Source: Lama guanicoe
Lineage: Eukaryota
Direction: 5' to 3'
Length of the DNA: 64,000 nt
NCBI GenBank assembly: GCA_013239625.1
Contig: MU053933.1
Coordinates: forward strand, 62,001 to 126,000
The notes beneath the pieces are model-generated. The model made no database searches. It worked only from the letters and a program-made list of their open reading frames with translations, and was not told where the DNA came from. Shown one piece after another: positions 1 to 11,490 of the stretch. Numbering within the stretch: the stretch's first letter is position 1; every line of letters begins with the position of its first letter. The position numbers and the translations under genes were made by a program.

Positions 1-1700
1 CCAAATAGGACGCCCGCAGAGGCTGCGGCATCAGCAAGAGAACAGGAGGAGCCCACGAGCAGAGAGACGGTAGCCCCGGTCCTCAGGGCTGCAGTCATGA
101 CATCTTACTTGTGTAGTGTTTGCAAAGGGTTGTGGTCACATGAGCACCACCCTCCCAGGGGCCCGAGGCTCCCACCTCCTTAGCATCCAGGAAAACCCCT
201 GCTCTGAGTTCCACGGTCCACGGCGACCCTCTGGGACCCAGCCTGGCCTCTCGGCAGGTGAGCTTTGGCACGAGGACAGACGCTTAGCCAGCACAGGCCT
301 GCTGGGAAGCGACCTGTACACTCCAAGCCCTTCCAGCTGCCTCTGCAGATGCAGGGAGCCGGTACCAAACACAAATCCGCCATCAGCTGGGCCTGGGATT
401 CTCTGCAGCCTCTTTGTGTTAGTTTAGAAGAAAGGCACTCGGGCTCATTGTCTTGCTCTCCTGCTGCGAAGGAACGGCCCTCAGGTCTTAAGCCTCCAGA
501 GTTTTCGGCCTGGCCTGTAGGGAGGATGGAGCCGTCACCTACTGAGATAAGAAGGGGAAAGTTTGTGGGGAGATGACTGGCTCAGGTTTGGACAAGTTCA
601 ATCCGAGACGCACGCTTGACACCCAGATGGAGACGTCAGAAAGGGAACTGAGAACCTGAGGGGGGCTGGGGCTGGGGACAGAGGGCTTCGCTGGAGGGGA
701 GAGGCGGGAGTCACTCGCACACAGAAGCCGAGATGGAGACGTCTGAAGCCTGCGGCTGGGTGGGCGGAAGCCCGGGAGGAGCCCGGGGGCAGCAGGGAAT
801 CTGCAAAGGGGCAGGAGGAAAGCCCGGCAAGGTGGGGCTGGGGACTGAGTTGTGCCCTCCCCCAAGTTCCCAGGCTGGAAGCCCTAAGCCCCACCCCCCG
901 CCCCCACCCCGCCGTAGATGATTTTATTGGAAGGTAGGGCTTTAGAGAGAAGATTCTGGTAAAAGAGGCCCGCGTCCACCCTGACTGGTGTCCTCACAGG
1001 GAGAGGAGACGTGGCCCTACAGGGCCCCCGGGCTCGTGCGCGGACGGAAGGCCACGCAGGGGCGGAAGCTCGTCCCTTCTTCCCTCCTCAAGTCTTTGGG
1101 CTAATAATTAAATTGACGTAAGGCAGACCGACGGGAGGAGAACATCCACTTTGTATGTGCGGGACTCATGCAACTACGAGGCGCTGGGTCGTGGGGCCGC
1201 GCTCCGCCCCGCGGGTCAGGAAGCGCACCCCGCGCCGCGCCTGCGCGGGGGACCCGCCGGGGCCGCCTGCCCGCCCTCTGCCGCGCGGACGGGGCAGCCT
1301 ACCGGCCGCCGGGCTCCGAGCAGAAGTCGGGAGGAGGGCTTGAGGGAGCGGGAGGCCCTGGGGAAGGGAAGTGTGTTTAAATGCAGATGCCTTTTGTTGC
1401 ATTCGAAGGGGAAAGGCAGCTCCCTGCAGGCTTTCCTGGTGGGGGTGGAAGGACTCCAAGGACCCGGGGAGGGAGACGGGCGCCTGCTTCAGGGGTGATG
1501 GAGAGTCCCTGACGGCTCCTCGGCAAGGTGGCTGCCGAGGCTGTCAGAGTCTAGATCTTCGTCCCCTAAACTGGCTCCTTACTCGAACTGCTCTGTGGAG
1601 AATCAGCTGAATTCCCTGCCCCCTTCCACCTGCTGACTTCGCCCCTCCCCCACGTGCCGAAAGTGGGAGGAGGTGAAGGGTGCAGCTTCCAGCTTGGCTT

Positions 1701-2147
1701 TGTCGACTGAACCGAAAAAACAGCACAACCTAAAAGTTGAGAGTTACGGTTTATTCAGCGGACTTTCTGAGGACGCGAACCAGGGAGGCGGCCTCTCATC
1801 TCGCTCTGAGGGACGGCTCCAAAGAGGCAGGAGAGGAGCCAGGATGTATAGGAGGTTTTCAACAAAGACCAGGTAGTCGGAACATCAAAAGATCTCTGTT
1901 AACTCAAGAAAGCCAGGCCTCTCAAGTGAAGGAATTTAGCGCTTTTCTAGGCGTGGGAAGGTGCGAAAGTCCGGACTCACTGAAATCACTCCTTTGATGT
2001 GCACCTTAGCTGTCCAGGGCCAGTGTCCTGGTCTCTCCCACCCTGAGTCCCCGCAGGGGGCACTGTTGGGAGTGGCTGCAAAGTGATGGCTTAATGGTTA
2101 CAACATCCTTTGTTTACTGACTTGGCAGGTGACATTTTAAATTCACA
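1701..2147 (-). mobile_element. ERV1-type solo LTR (family A, copy 1)
   Basis: TG...CA termini with a perfect 4-bp TSD GCTT (1697-1700, 2148-2151). The reverse complement matches the LTRs at 25239, 43432 and 45493 (shared cagtaaacaaagg...aataaa...aactctcaacttttaggttgtgc). Confidence 0.85.
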
Positions 2148-2490
2148 GCTTTAAACCCGAGCAGATGAGGGACCTGAGTGGGTTGTCAGGCAGAGATCCT
2201 TGAAAGCCTGTTGATCATTATTTAACACTCAGAGGGAGCCCCTCGTGTCTGCCACATGCTGCTAGAGTCCCCACTGACACAGCCCAGGAATCCTCTCAGC
2301 CCCGGGATGGACACCCTGCGGCGCACCCAGCAGGTGAGGAGACCAGGGCAGAGGGGTGTCATGACCTGTCCTGGGTCACACAGCCAGTGAACCTGTGGCA
2401 GAGACAGGAACCTGGCAGCCTCGCTTACATCACATGATTCCGGTCCAGCAGGTGAAAGACGTCAAAGATGAGTGGTGTGTATGTTAATCC

Positions 2491-3128
2491 TGACGCAGGA
2501 AAACAGGCGTGGGGCGTGAGGAGGGTCGTGTCCCAGGCTTTTCTTGAGCCCCTGGGACGTACCCTGCCATGTGTGGGTCCTTGGCTTCATGCAAGAAAGA
2601 ATCCAAGAGCAAGCCACAGTTGAGTGAAGGTAGATTTATTCAGAGAGATACATTGAAAGGCAAAAGAAAGTCCAAGAGGTGTGGGGGTTCGGTGCTCAGA
2701 TTAAAAGTAGGTACACATTCCATAGACAGAGTGTGGGCCATCTCAAGAGGGAGAGAGAGAGAGGCGGCCTCTCGAGGTGCCGCAGTGTTGCTAGTTTTCA
2801 TGGGCTTGGTGGCTTCATATGCTAATAAGTGGAAGGACCAGTCTAAGTAGCCTGGGGAAGGGACTGGGATTCCCAGGAATCTGGCCATTTCCCGCTCTTT
2901 GATCTTTTGTGTCTAGCCTTGGGACTGCCATGGTGCCTGTGGGTGTGTTATTTACCATGTTAATATATTACAATGAGTGCATAATGAAGCTCAAGATCTA
3001 CTAGAAGTTAAATCTCCCATCATCTTGAGCTTCAAGGCCTACTGGGGGTTGAATCTTTCACCATTTTAATGTTAATTGCTGTAGCATTCCTTGAATGGCT
3101 GTGCCCTGCCCCCTTCCATTCTGTCTCA
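2491..3128 (-). mobile_element. ERV solo LTR inserted in an L1 3' end
   Basis: TG...CA ends and near-TSD ATCC/ACCC. The minus-strand AATAAA reads tttatt at ~2636. It interrupts the L1 3'UTR sequence gtgtgtatgttaatcc|...|accccaaactcc. Confidence 0.7.
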
Positions 3129-3815
3129 ACCCCAAACTCCCAATTTATCCTACCCCTTCTCTTTTGGTAACCATGAGTTGTTGTCTATGTCTGTGAGTCT
3201 ATTTCTGGTTTGTAAATAAGTTCAGTTGTATCACACTTAGATTCCACATATAAGTGATATCATATGATATTTGTCTTTATCTGACTTACTTCATTCAGAA
3301 TGATGATCTCCAGATCCATCCATGTTGCTGCAAATGGCATTACTTCATTCTTTTTATGGCTGAGTAGTATTCCATTGTATAAATATACCACATCTTCTTT
3401 ATCCAGTCATCTGTGGATGGGCACTTAGGTTGCGTCCATATCTTGACTATTGTAAATAGTGCTGCTGCAAACACTGGGGTGCATATGTCTTTTTGAATTA
3501 ATGTTTTTTTTTTTCAGATACATACCCAGGAGTGGGATTGCTGGGTCACATGGTAGTTCCACTTTCAGTTTTTTGAGAAAGCGTCATACTGTTTTCCACA
3601 GTGGCTGCACCAATTTACTTTCCCACAAACAGAATATGACGGTTCCCTTGTCTCCATATCCTTGTCAACATTTGTGGGGTTTTGGGTGTTTTTGATGATG
3701 GCCATTCTAGGTGTGAGGTGATAGCTCATTGTGGTTTTGACTTGCATTCCCTGATGATTAGTGATGAGCATCTCTTCATGTGCCTCTTGGCCATTTGCAT
3801 TTCTTTCCAGAGCTA
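3129..3815 (-). mobile_element. L1 3' end fragment (ORF2 C-terminus/3'UTR)
   Basis: Typical antisense L1 text: agattccacatataagtgatatcatatg, gttgctgcaaatggca, cccaggagtgggattgctgg. Confidence 0.9.
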
Positions 3816-4142
3816 TTTTTGACACTCGGTACCCTATGTTGCGGGTAATTTAAAAACTACATTTTCTTCTAAGGAAGCAGGACAGATTAATCCCCAAAGC
3901 TATAAATACATATTGTCAAATTAAAAACAAATAACATCTGGATGTAGAAAGGAGAGACTGTATTTGAAAGGCTATTGCAAAGGAGGGGAAGGGACTTTTC
4001 AATAGGAGAGGGGCTCTGAGCAAAGATTTACAAGCATCTTCACGTCTCAGACTGGTGGGGTTCCTGTCCCGCCCTCTGCCCTCTCTGTTCCCGCACTGGC
4101 CCATCTACTCCCCCAAACTCTCGAAGTTTCTCTCTCCTGGAG

Positions 4143-4544
4143 TGTTATGGAAACGACAGGCCAGTCAAGAAACAAGCACCACTCGGAGGGTTGGAGCACT
4201 CAGATGTATGACGCCGGCGGGCTCAGAGGGGCTTCTGCTCCGAAGCTCTGAGCACCTCCAAGATGTGCGCATGAGGTTTTATAGGGTAAAGTACAAGCTT
4301 GGGGGTATTCGGCCAATAGCTTTAGCAGCAGCAGCATCACAAAAGTGGAGGCGGGAGGCAGCAAACCAACATTCCAAAGCCAGATATGTATCTTTGAAAA
4401 CCCAGCTGGCTAGCAAAAAACATGAACAGCAAACCAACACTAATTAACCTAGATTTACAAGTTAGTCTAGCAGAACTCAGATCAGTATTTCAATACTTAG
4501 ATTTGTGAGTTATCTTGTTAGCCCAGCCCGGTTTTTCCTTCACA
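4143..4544 (-). mobile_element. ERV1-type solo LTR (young)
   Basis: TG...CA termini and a perfect 4-bp TSD GGAG (4139-4142, 4545-4548). A minus-strand TATA reads ttttata at ~4277. Confidence 0.8.
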
Positions 4545-5427
4545 GGAGGACTAACGTGGGCAGAGAGAACAAACCTGTCTGTGGTTCTTACCTGAAAAAG
4601 AGGCCTAATTGCGTTGACTTTGCTTTTTGTGTAAAATAATGGGTGGTTTACTTGTAGCCTATGAAACAAATGGTTAAAGATTACTAAGGTTTTGTAGGTC
4701 CTAGAAGAAAATTAGCAAGTTGCTCATTTACTAAAAATGCAGAAGCCCAGAGTGTCTCCTGCTTCCCTCAAACTCAAGAGGCTGCCCATGTCCTCGGAGA
4801 TAGGGAACACTGGCTGTTAGAGACATTTTCATATGAGAAAATCCAGAAAAGGTTTAATGACCCAGAAGAAATAGCCAAAACTCTACTTAAAATATAAAAT
4901 GTTTTAATTTCATTACACACCATAAAATATCAGACATCATCTGTATAAATTCCAACTGACCATATTGCTGACTTTTCACGCTCCCTTTGGATGAAGCCAT
5001 TTTATTCCAACTTGTGACTTACAAATTTGTCATCCAGTTTCCCCGCCATGGAAGCCACCTCTTTCTAGCTGATAGTTTTCCGGGGTACTCGTGTGGTTTT
5101 CAGTTTGTCTGTCTAATTTCTTTGAGTTACAGCAAGCTGGCTCAGGCAGAGGGCTGTCACTAGAAACTTTATCCCAAACTGAATCTGTTGACAAAACATT
5201 AGAACATTGTTTCTTTTTCATTCCTTTTGTAGGTGACTTTACATAACCTAGATACCCTGCTGTTTTTAATGTGGTCTTTAAAAGGCTTATTTGACACCCT
5301 GGGTCCCTGAGTGTGAGGTCATACCTTCTGGAATAATTCCATCTCTGTTCAATGTCTTTTCTTCTTTATCTTCTGTGAGTGATTCAACCAGGTGACTACT
5401 CCAAGCATCCCAAGCAACCCCTGATCC

Positions 5428-5443
5428 AGGTCATTTCAGGTCA
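5428..5443 (+). promoter_or_regulatory. Perfect DR4 nuclear-receptor motif AGGTCA-tttc-AGGTCA
   Basis: Exact consensus half-sites spaced by 4 bp (TR/RXR or LXR/RXR type). Motif only; no binding data. Confidence 0.35.
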
Positions 5444-6574
5444 TTGCGCTTCCAGGGAGAAGAAACTGGCTTTTTGTAAAAAGAAAAAAAAAAGATCTGG
5501 TGTTATATTTCACAATAACAACATTACTTTAAAAAGCAATTATGAGTGCCTTACAATGTGAGAAACTTAATAAGAACTTAGAAGACAACCTGATCTTTAC
5601 TGGGGGTTGAATTTTTTAGGGAAAACGCTTATTTAGGGATCTGTGCTCTGATGGTGATTACCAGAGGTTTTTATTTCTTGGCATCATTTGTGTTGTGTTG
5701 AGTTGGCAGTTGTTTTCTGTTGCCGCTATCAAGCTGTTACTGTTTTGTTAAGCTTTTTAAGTTATCAATTTAACTTATTTTGAGTTGTTTGGTTATTTAA
5801 AGAGTGGTACAGCCATAGGATTTTTGGTCTAGAATTTTCTGATAACTAAACCCTGTGCCCTGGACTTCATAGGTGTTCCCCAAACCCTTCCCGATGGGCA
5901 GATGTGGATGGAGACCACACGCCCAGGGAGCTCGTTGGGGCCGTAACGATGTGCTGCCTGTGAGTCTGCGCAAATTAAAGTGTCTGCAAAATTTTGATTT
6001 GAGACATCATCTGAAGCTTTATAGAGCGTTGTTAACAATATCAAGCACCATGCAGACGTTGACATCCTTCTCCAGCAAAGGCATAAGTCAATGATTCAGA
6101 TACACTTCTAGGGCAAGTCGAATATTTACCTCTCTCCATTTTTGCTGTTGTTTTCACCAAGTTTTTTCTGCTGCAGAATGAAAGTGGGCAGATGTTGGTA
6201 GACTTCTGGGTCTTTTGCGTTAATTAAATTCAGATTGGGAGCAAAAGAGATTGTGAGATTTGTGATCTTTAAATTCTATTCTCCTTTGGATTTCTAGGCA
6301 CCCGGGAGATATATGCACAGTGGAGAGTGCAGCTGTGTGCACATACACACACAGGAGTTCACACACATGCCCACATGCCAAAGCACATGCACGCTTATGG
6401 GCTCAGGTGTGCACGCCCAGCTGTACATACATATGCATGCATTTGGCTTCATATGTGTACCTGTGCTCAAACCTGATCACACACACACACACACACACAT
6501 CTGTCATCCTTTGTTTTCTTTTCTACAAATCTGTTCTCTAGATCAAGATACCCCCAGGAGAGCGGGTAAAGCTT

Positions 6575-6805
6575 TAAATTTTTGTTTGCTTGTTTCATTG
6601 AAGCATAGTTGATTTACAATGTTATGTTAATTTCAGGTGTACAGCAAAGTGATTCAGTTACACATACATATATATATTCTTTTTCAGATTCTTTTCCATT
6701 AGGGAAAAGCTATTACAGGATATTGAATATAGTGCCCTGTGCTGTACAGTAGGACCTTGTTGTTTATCTTTTTTATATACAGTAGTGTGTATATGTTAAA
6801 TTTTT
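6575..6805 (-). mobile_element. L1 extreme 3' end fragment
   Basis: attgaagcatagttgatttacaatg...gtacagcaaagtgattcagtta...gtaggaccttgttgtttatct, the artiodactyl-type L1 tail. Confidence 0.85.
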
Positions 6806-8989
6806 TAAATTAAGCTTAAGCTTTATTAAATGCATATGCCCCGTATGTAGTCATCTTTTTATTGTTGTATACGATGATCTAAAATGGTTCATGTAACTGC
6901 TCATTTTTCTTCTCACGAAGACAAGTACTTAAGTGATAAATCTGGAAACCAAAATCATCTCAAGGTTCAGTTCCACAGGAAGGACAGAGGGTGTGGTACC
7001 CAACACTCGGCACTCAGGCTGCCTCTGGCCTGTCATAAGCCATCCTCCAAGGCTCTGAACATCGTCCTTGGACTGTTGCCATGGCCGCACCAAGTCAGGG
7101 GGGCCATGCGCAGAGCGGTGCCTGATGGTGGCCGCTGCCTCCCCACCCGGCCTGGATGTCCTCATGAGACATCAGATCATGTTCAGTCTTCAAAGCAACA
7201 CTGTGATATTCATTCTGTTTCAGGGAAGGAGACTAAAGTCATTTTGTGTGTTGGCTGTAGCCTTGGATTTGGGGACCTACGAAGGGTTTAGGAGCCATTA
7301 CTTTCAAGTAAGAGGTATCTCCTGAACCACAAAATTCTGTAGGCTGCAGAGCCACGTGGTCAGGGAGTTGTCATGGAAACACACCCTCAGATTCACCATG
7401 TCCTCCTCTGTCCTCTCCAAACATGGCAGAGAGGACGGTTACCTCCTTGTCACTCATCCCAACCCTGTCGCATTGTAGCAGCAGCCCTACGATTGGCGGG
7501 TGGGTCTCAGAGCTAGAGAATCTAAGCCAATCATAGAAACTCCAACTTCTTCAACAGCAATTGGTCAGAACGACCTTGTCTAAGCCAATCAACACATGGC
7601 ATTTCCCTGGTGGAGAGGGACTGGCTCAGGAACGGACGTGAGCCTGACTACGGCCAGTGAAACATCCAGGGAAGTTGGCTGTTGGCGTCTGGGAAAGATT
7701 CTGTATTGTCTAAAGAGATGGCCTCTTTCTCTCTCACTGGATGTTACCGTGGACTCACAATGACTGCCCGCAACCATCTGACAGCCAACCGCCTTCAGGA
7801 GGGAGCTCATACTCTGGATGGCAGATTGGAGACACAAAAAGGCCCTGATCTCTGGTGACTTTTTTTCAGGCAAGTTCCCAATAGGTGGCATGTTGAAATA
7901 GGAATGATCTGAAGAGAGTTTAATAAAGCAACTGCTTGGAAAAGTGTGGAAGAGTTAAGTTCAGTGCCCCCGTGGAGGTAGTACCAGTGGGGGGTGCTGT
8001 CTCCTCCTGCCTTCTGCCCCTGCCCTCAACTCCGCCAAGTCCTGAAAGAGGGGAGGAGAAGTCTGGAACCTGGAGGCAGAGAGGCTCTGTGGGGATGGCC
8101 TTCTCAGAGGGGTTGGGCCTGTCCGTGGGCTGCAGCCGGCCTGCGGGGGTCCCTGCAGAGGGGGAAGTGGGAGAGGAAATACCGTCCTCACTCCCCTCTC
8201 CTGTTGGGCTCTCCTGCTCATGTTCCTCATTAGCCAGATTTCGCTGGGAGTCTGTCCGGCAGCACAGGGAGGGCTGGGACAGTCTGGAGGGGCAAGTGGA
8301 AACTTCCAGCGCAGTGTAGGGTGACTGGGCAAGAACTGCCGGACGTGCAGCTGCAGGACAAGTAACTTTCCTTGTTTTAAAGTTACTTTAAATTGGGCTT
8401 TCTGTTTCTTGCGCCCCAAAGTATCCTAACAGACATGAAGTATTTTATGTGCACATTTAAAAAAAATGTTATGGGTACAAAACTGAATGAGGAAACTCAA
8501 GAGAAGAGGCAGAAGCTACCAGCCTGTTGGTGTCCAGGCCCAGACACAGGCAGGGCCACCAGGATTTCACGCCCTAAATGGGAAGGGACACCGGAGGCAC
8601 CCAGTGAGCCAGCTCACACTAGGGAAGAAAGAGCAGGAGCAGCGCTTCCTCCCGTGAACAGAAAGCTGGACTGCTTTTGGCAAGGGCTGCTTGCTTGACC
8701 TTGAAAGGTGGTGGAGTTGCAGGTGAGTTAACCATGAGCCTGCCAGCAGTAACAGGATGCCAGGAGGAAGAGGAAGCCAAACAAACAAACCAGCAGGAGC
8801 CGCAAAATCATGTTTCAAAGTGTAGGGGAAAGAAATGCCTTGAAAACATTTCCAGTAAGTGTAACAACAGGAAGGATGCTCTGAGGAAATCCACAGAGTT
8901 CAGCAGTCATCAAAGGACTTTAACATGCTGTGTGTGCCCTTCAATGAGACAGGGGGAAGGACCAAAACAGAGATGACCAAAAATTAGGA

Positions 8990-9650
8990 TTCTGTGAAAT
9001 GACTCAAACAGCTGTCAATCAAGAAGAATTGGATAAAAGAATGGACACTTGGAAACCCTGGAATTTAGAAAATAAAATCAATATTGAGATAAACAACTTA
9101 ATACACAGGATAAACCCTAACGTGGACACAGTTAGACAATTAGTGAAACAGACGATTGTACCAAGGAATGAATGCCAGCGGGACAGAGAGATAAACAGAT
9201 AAAAAATGGGGAAGAGACTTAAATAACATGGCCATGAAATGAGACCCTGCAACACGCATCTGATAGCAGGTCCAGGACTAGAGAATACGGGAAAGAACGG
9301 AGGAGCTCTCCAACTTGTCCTAGAAGGGAATTTTCCAAAGTTGAAGAGAGATATGGGATTCCAAGCAGAAAGATAACACAGAGAAGCAAGTAGGAGAATA
9401 AAATAAGCCGTCAGATGCATCGCAGTAAAAATGAAGAACACAGGAGAAGAGAAAATCTAAAGAGTAGCAGAGAGGAAGAAGGTAGGTGGCCTACACAAAG
9501 GAATGATAGACTAAAAGCTGACACCTCAATATTCAGGATAGAAAACTGAGTGGAAACTTCAAAAGGCAGAGGAAAATGACCTTCAACCTGGAATTCTATC
9601 AACAAGCAAATGGTTATGAAGACTGAGCTCAAAAGAACAACTTCAGACTT
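8990..9650 (+). mobile_element. Old L1/HAL1 ORF1 remnant
   Basis: A-rich, with degenerate ORF1-like motifs (ctgatagcaggtccagga, gaattttccaaagttgaagagag, accttcaacctggaattctatc). Confidence 0.6.
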
Positions 9651-11239
9651 AGTAAGAGTGAAGAGTTTAACGGAGGCTTTTGATGAAGGAACTACAAAGT
9701 CGGTGACTCTCCACCTTGGATACCCACGGAAGCACCTGGGGAAAACCCTAAACTCCAGTGCCCGGGCCACACTCCGGAAGCAGGCGTTGGTAGTTTTCGG
9801 GCTTGCTAGGTCATGCCAACGTTCAGCCAAGACTGAAATCACTGTGCTACCTAGTAACTTCGGGAAGAAGGAAAGCAAACACAGGGGAGGTTAAAACAAG
9901 AGCACGGGACTCAGTAAACTGCATCAGCTAATGCAACTCGCTATTGGCTGGGGGAGATTAGGATTCCTGGCAACGGCTTCGTTGGTTCTGGTGAGGCAGC
10001 TATTGGAGAATCTGAATTTCACCTGGTTCGTTCTATCCCAGGTGAATTTTTCTCATTCATTTGCCAGGGAATTTACATCTGTTTGGGGGAGAAGGCGCAG
10101 TTCAGAGGTGTGATTCTATGACGGGGTGGACTGCAGTCTGGCTGCCCGTTGGGAATACCCGGGGAATGTTTTAAACCTGTTAGTGCTTGGGGTTCACTCC
10201 CTGGGGCGCTGCTTTGATCAATAAGGGGTGAGGCCTCTCTGATAGGAGCTTTCAGATCTTCGCAGGGGCAGCCAAGTTTGGGGATCCCTGAATTAGGGAT
10301 TCTCTGGGCCGAGGACCAAGAAGCACCGAGTCCAGTGAACTGTTCTGAAGCCTCTTAGAAATAATGGGTCGCTGAGCCCTTGAGAAGGTATAAAGATGGC
10401 TCATTTTCACAATTATCTTAGATAAAGAATTCGTGCATGAACCACATTCACATTTTCTGAACTTTGGCACTGTCTAGAGAATTCATGATTAATTTAAATA
10501 ATTGCTCACTCATTTTTTTTTCTGAGCTTACTTCCGGTTTTCCCAACTAGAACGACTGGTAGCTCACTGGAGGCTGATGGTGGCTCAGAACTCTTATCTC
10601 AGCTGTGGTTTTACTGGGGGAACTTTGGACAAATCAGTTTGTTGTCCATTGTTTGGTGAGGTTATTTCCGGGAAGCCCAGCCAATTCCATGTGTACATAT
10701 GTGCGGTTATAAAAGAATTTGATAATGGGTTCTCGAGAAGGCATTGAGTCGTTTCGGAAGATAAGGCGATTATCTGGGGCTTCCACAGATGCCTATGACT
10801 TTTGTCCAAGTGCTTCATTTTAATCGATTTCAGCAAGCATTTACGTGGAGTGTTCCCTGTGCGCAGGCTCTTGCCCTGCCGTAAACAAGCCCAGGAAGGG
10901 TAAGAAAGCATCCGTGGCCTGAAGCCTGGAGTCAGCCTCAGTCACCATTCTTGGAACAAGCACTGCAGACGTGAACACCTAAGGAGTCAGGCGATGACAC
11001 TGGGAACCGGAAGGCAAGCTGATAGGAGAGGGTTTACCTGGGGGCTTAAACCGCCACGCCCGTGGACACGGCTGTCTACGCCCGTGGACACGGCTGTCTA
11101 CACCAAGGGCATTTCTGGGCTGACTTAGGTGAGCATTTTTCACTAAAATAGAATAGAGCTGGCCCACCTGGACGGGTTTGACTTTTATAAGTCAGACTTC
11201 GCTGCCCAACTTGTTGTTTTCACACCTGAACGTGCATGA

Positions 11240-11490
11240 AACCCCCCTAAACCTGTGGTGGTAAAATGCAGATTCCCGGGGGGGTACAGCTCAGTGGTGA
11301 GCACAGGCTTAGCATGCCAGAGGTCCTGGGTTCAATCCCCAGTGCCTCCGTTAAAAAAATAAACAAACCTAATTATCTTCCCCCCCAAGAAAAGCTTAAA
11401 AATGCAGATTGCCTGGTCTGACCCTCTGAGGCTCCGAGTCAGCGGGTTTGGGATGGGGCCCAGGAGTCTGCATTTTAAACCAGCCTCCCA
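11240..11490 (+). mobile_element. MER5A-like hAT DNA transposon relic, interrupted by a SINE
   Basis: aaaatgcagatt...ggggcccaggagtctgcattttaaac core motif. Confidence 0.65.
11278..11398 (+). mobile_element. tRNA-derived SINE (camelid vic-1 type)
   Basis: A box (agctcagtgg), B box (ggttcaatccc) and an aaataaacaaacctaatta tail. Flanked by a ~15-bp TSD aaaatgcagatt(c/g)cc at 11263-11277 and 11399-11413. Confidence 0.85.

Noticed and set aside
4585..4605. Recursive splice site (ctttttcag|gtaaga, minus strand)
   Set aside because: Better explained as the donor of candidate exon 4658-4592.
11278..11350. tRNA gene
   Set aside because: The TSD, the SINE tail and a diverged second copy at 42661 indicate a SINE.
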